DNA from: a virus
Taxonomy: Duplodnaviria > Heunggongvirae > Uroviricota > Caudoviricetes
Length of the DNA stretch: 5,175 nt
IMG/VR virus record: IMGVR_UViG_2537562091_000002
Strand: one strand, 5' to 3'
Shown in pieces: positions 5,084-5,175 of this stretch. The notes beneath the pieces were generated by a model. The model saw nothing but the letters and a program-made list of their open reading frames with translations. It made no database searches and was not told the DNA's origin. The position numbers and the translations under genes are program-made. Numbering within the stretch: position 1 is the stretch's first letter; every line of letters begins with the position of its first letter.

Positions 5084-5175
5084 AGTATGTCTTTATTGAA
5101 AACATCAGGCTGAGTTCAGCATCAAAGCAATGTGCCGCGTGCTCCGGGTGGCCCGCAGCGGCTGGTATACGTGGT
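5080..5175 (+). CDS. insF: IS3 OrfB (InsF), 5' part only, with an apparent 1-nt deletion in an A-run (possibly inactivating, possibly a homopolymer sequencing error)
   Basis: ATG at 5080 encodes MKYVFIE in frame 1. The conserved continuation HQAEFSIKAMCRVLRVARSGWYTW is encoded from 5103 in a different frame. The window has GAAAAC where the recalled sequence has GAAAAAC. Confidence 0.7.
   Translation, partial: MKYVFIENIRLSSASKQCAACSGWPAAAGIRG

Larger units (their letters stand above)
4719..5175 (+). mobile_element. IS3: IS3 insertion sequence, partial (left end at 4719; runs off the window end)
   Basis: TGATCTTACCCAGCAATAGTGGACACGCGGCTAAGTGAG... from 4719 matches the recalled IS3 left terminus, followed by insE and the start of insF. 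Confidence 0.95.

Overview
This window reads as a decayed lambdoid prophage late region on the minus strand, bracketed by two insertion sequences: a partial IS1 (1-444) and a partial IS3 (4719-5175). Reading the minus strand from high to low coordinates: a lambda-like cos region (cosN-like 12-mer near 4460-4471), a Nu1-family terminase small subunit gene (3791-4285), a 15-codon stub of the next gene coupled by TAATG, then an apparent deletion junction leading straight into the 3' two-thirds of a side-tail-fibre (Stf-type) gene (open frame 3784-1817). The fibre frame has no ATG/GTG/TTG for its first 222 codons. It starts with GC-rich Ala/Ser/Thr/Lys/Glu shaft repeats (DNA period 189 bp) and switches near 3120 to an AT-richer module ending in a LamG/concanavalin-A-like lectin motif. 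The most interesting part is what follows the fibre instead of the expected Tfa chaperone and Pin invertase: three tightly coupled small genes. These are a 93-aa acidic protein, a 234-aa protein with a heptad coiled coil plus a peptidase-S74-type intramolecular chaperone domain, and a 97-aa predicted membrane protein. I treat this cassette as the candidate undescribed module; its function is not established here. All calls come from manual translation and recalled family signatures; no database search or computation was run.
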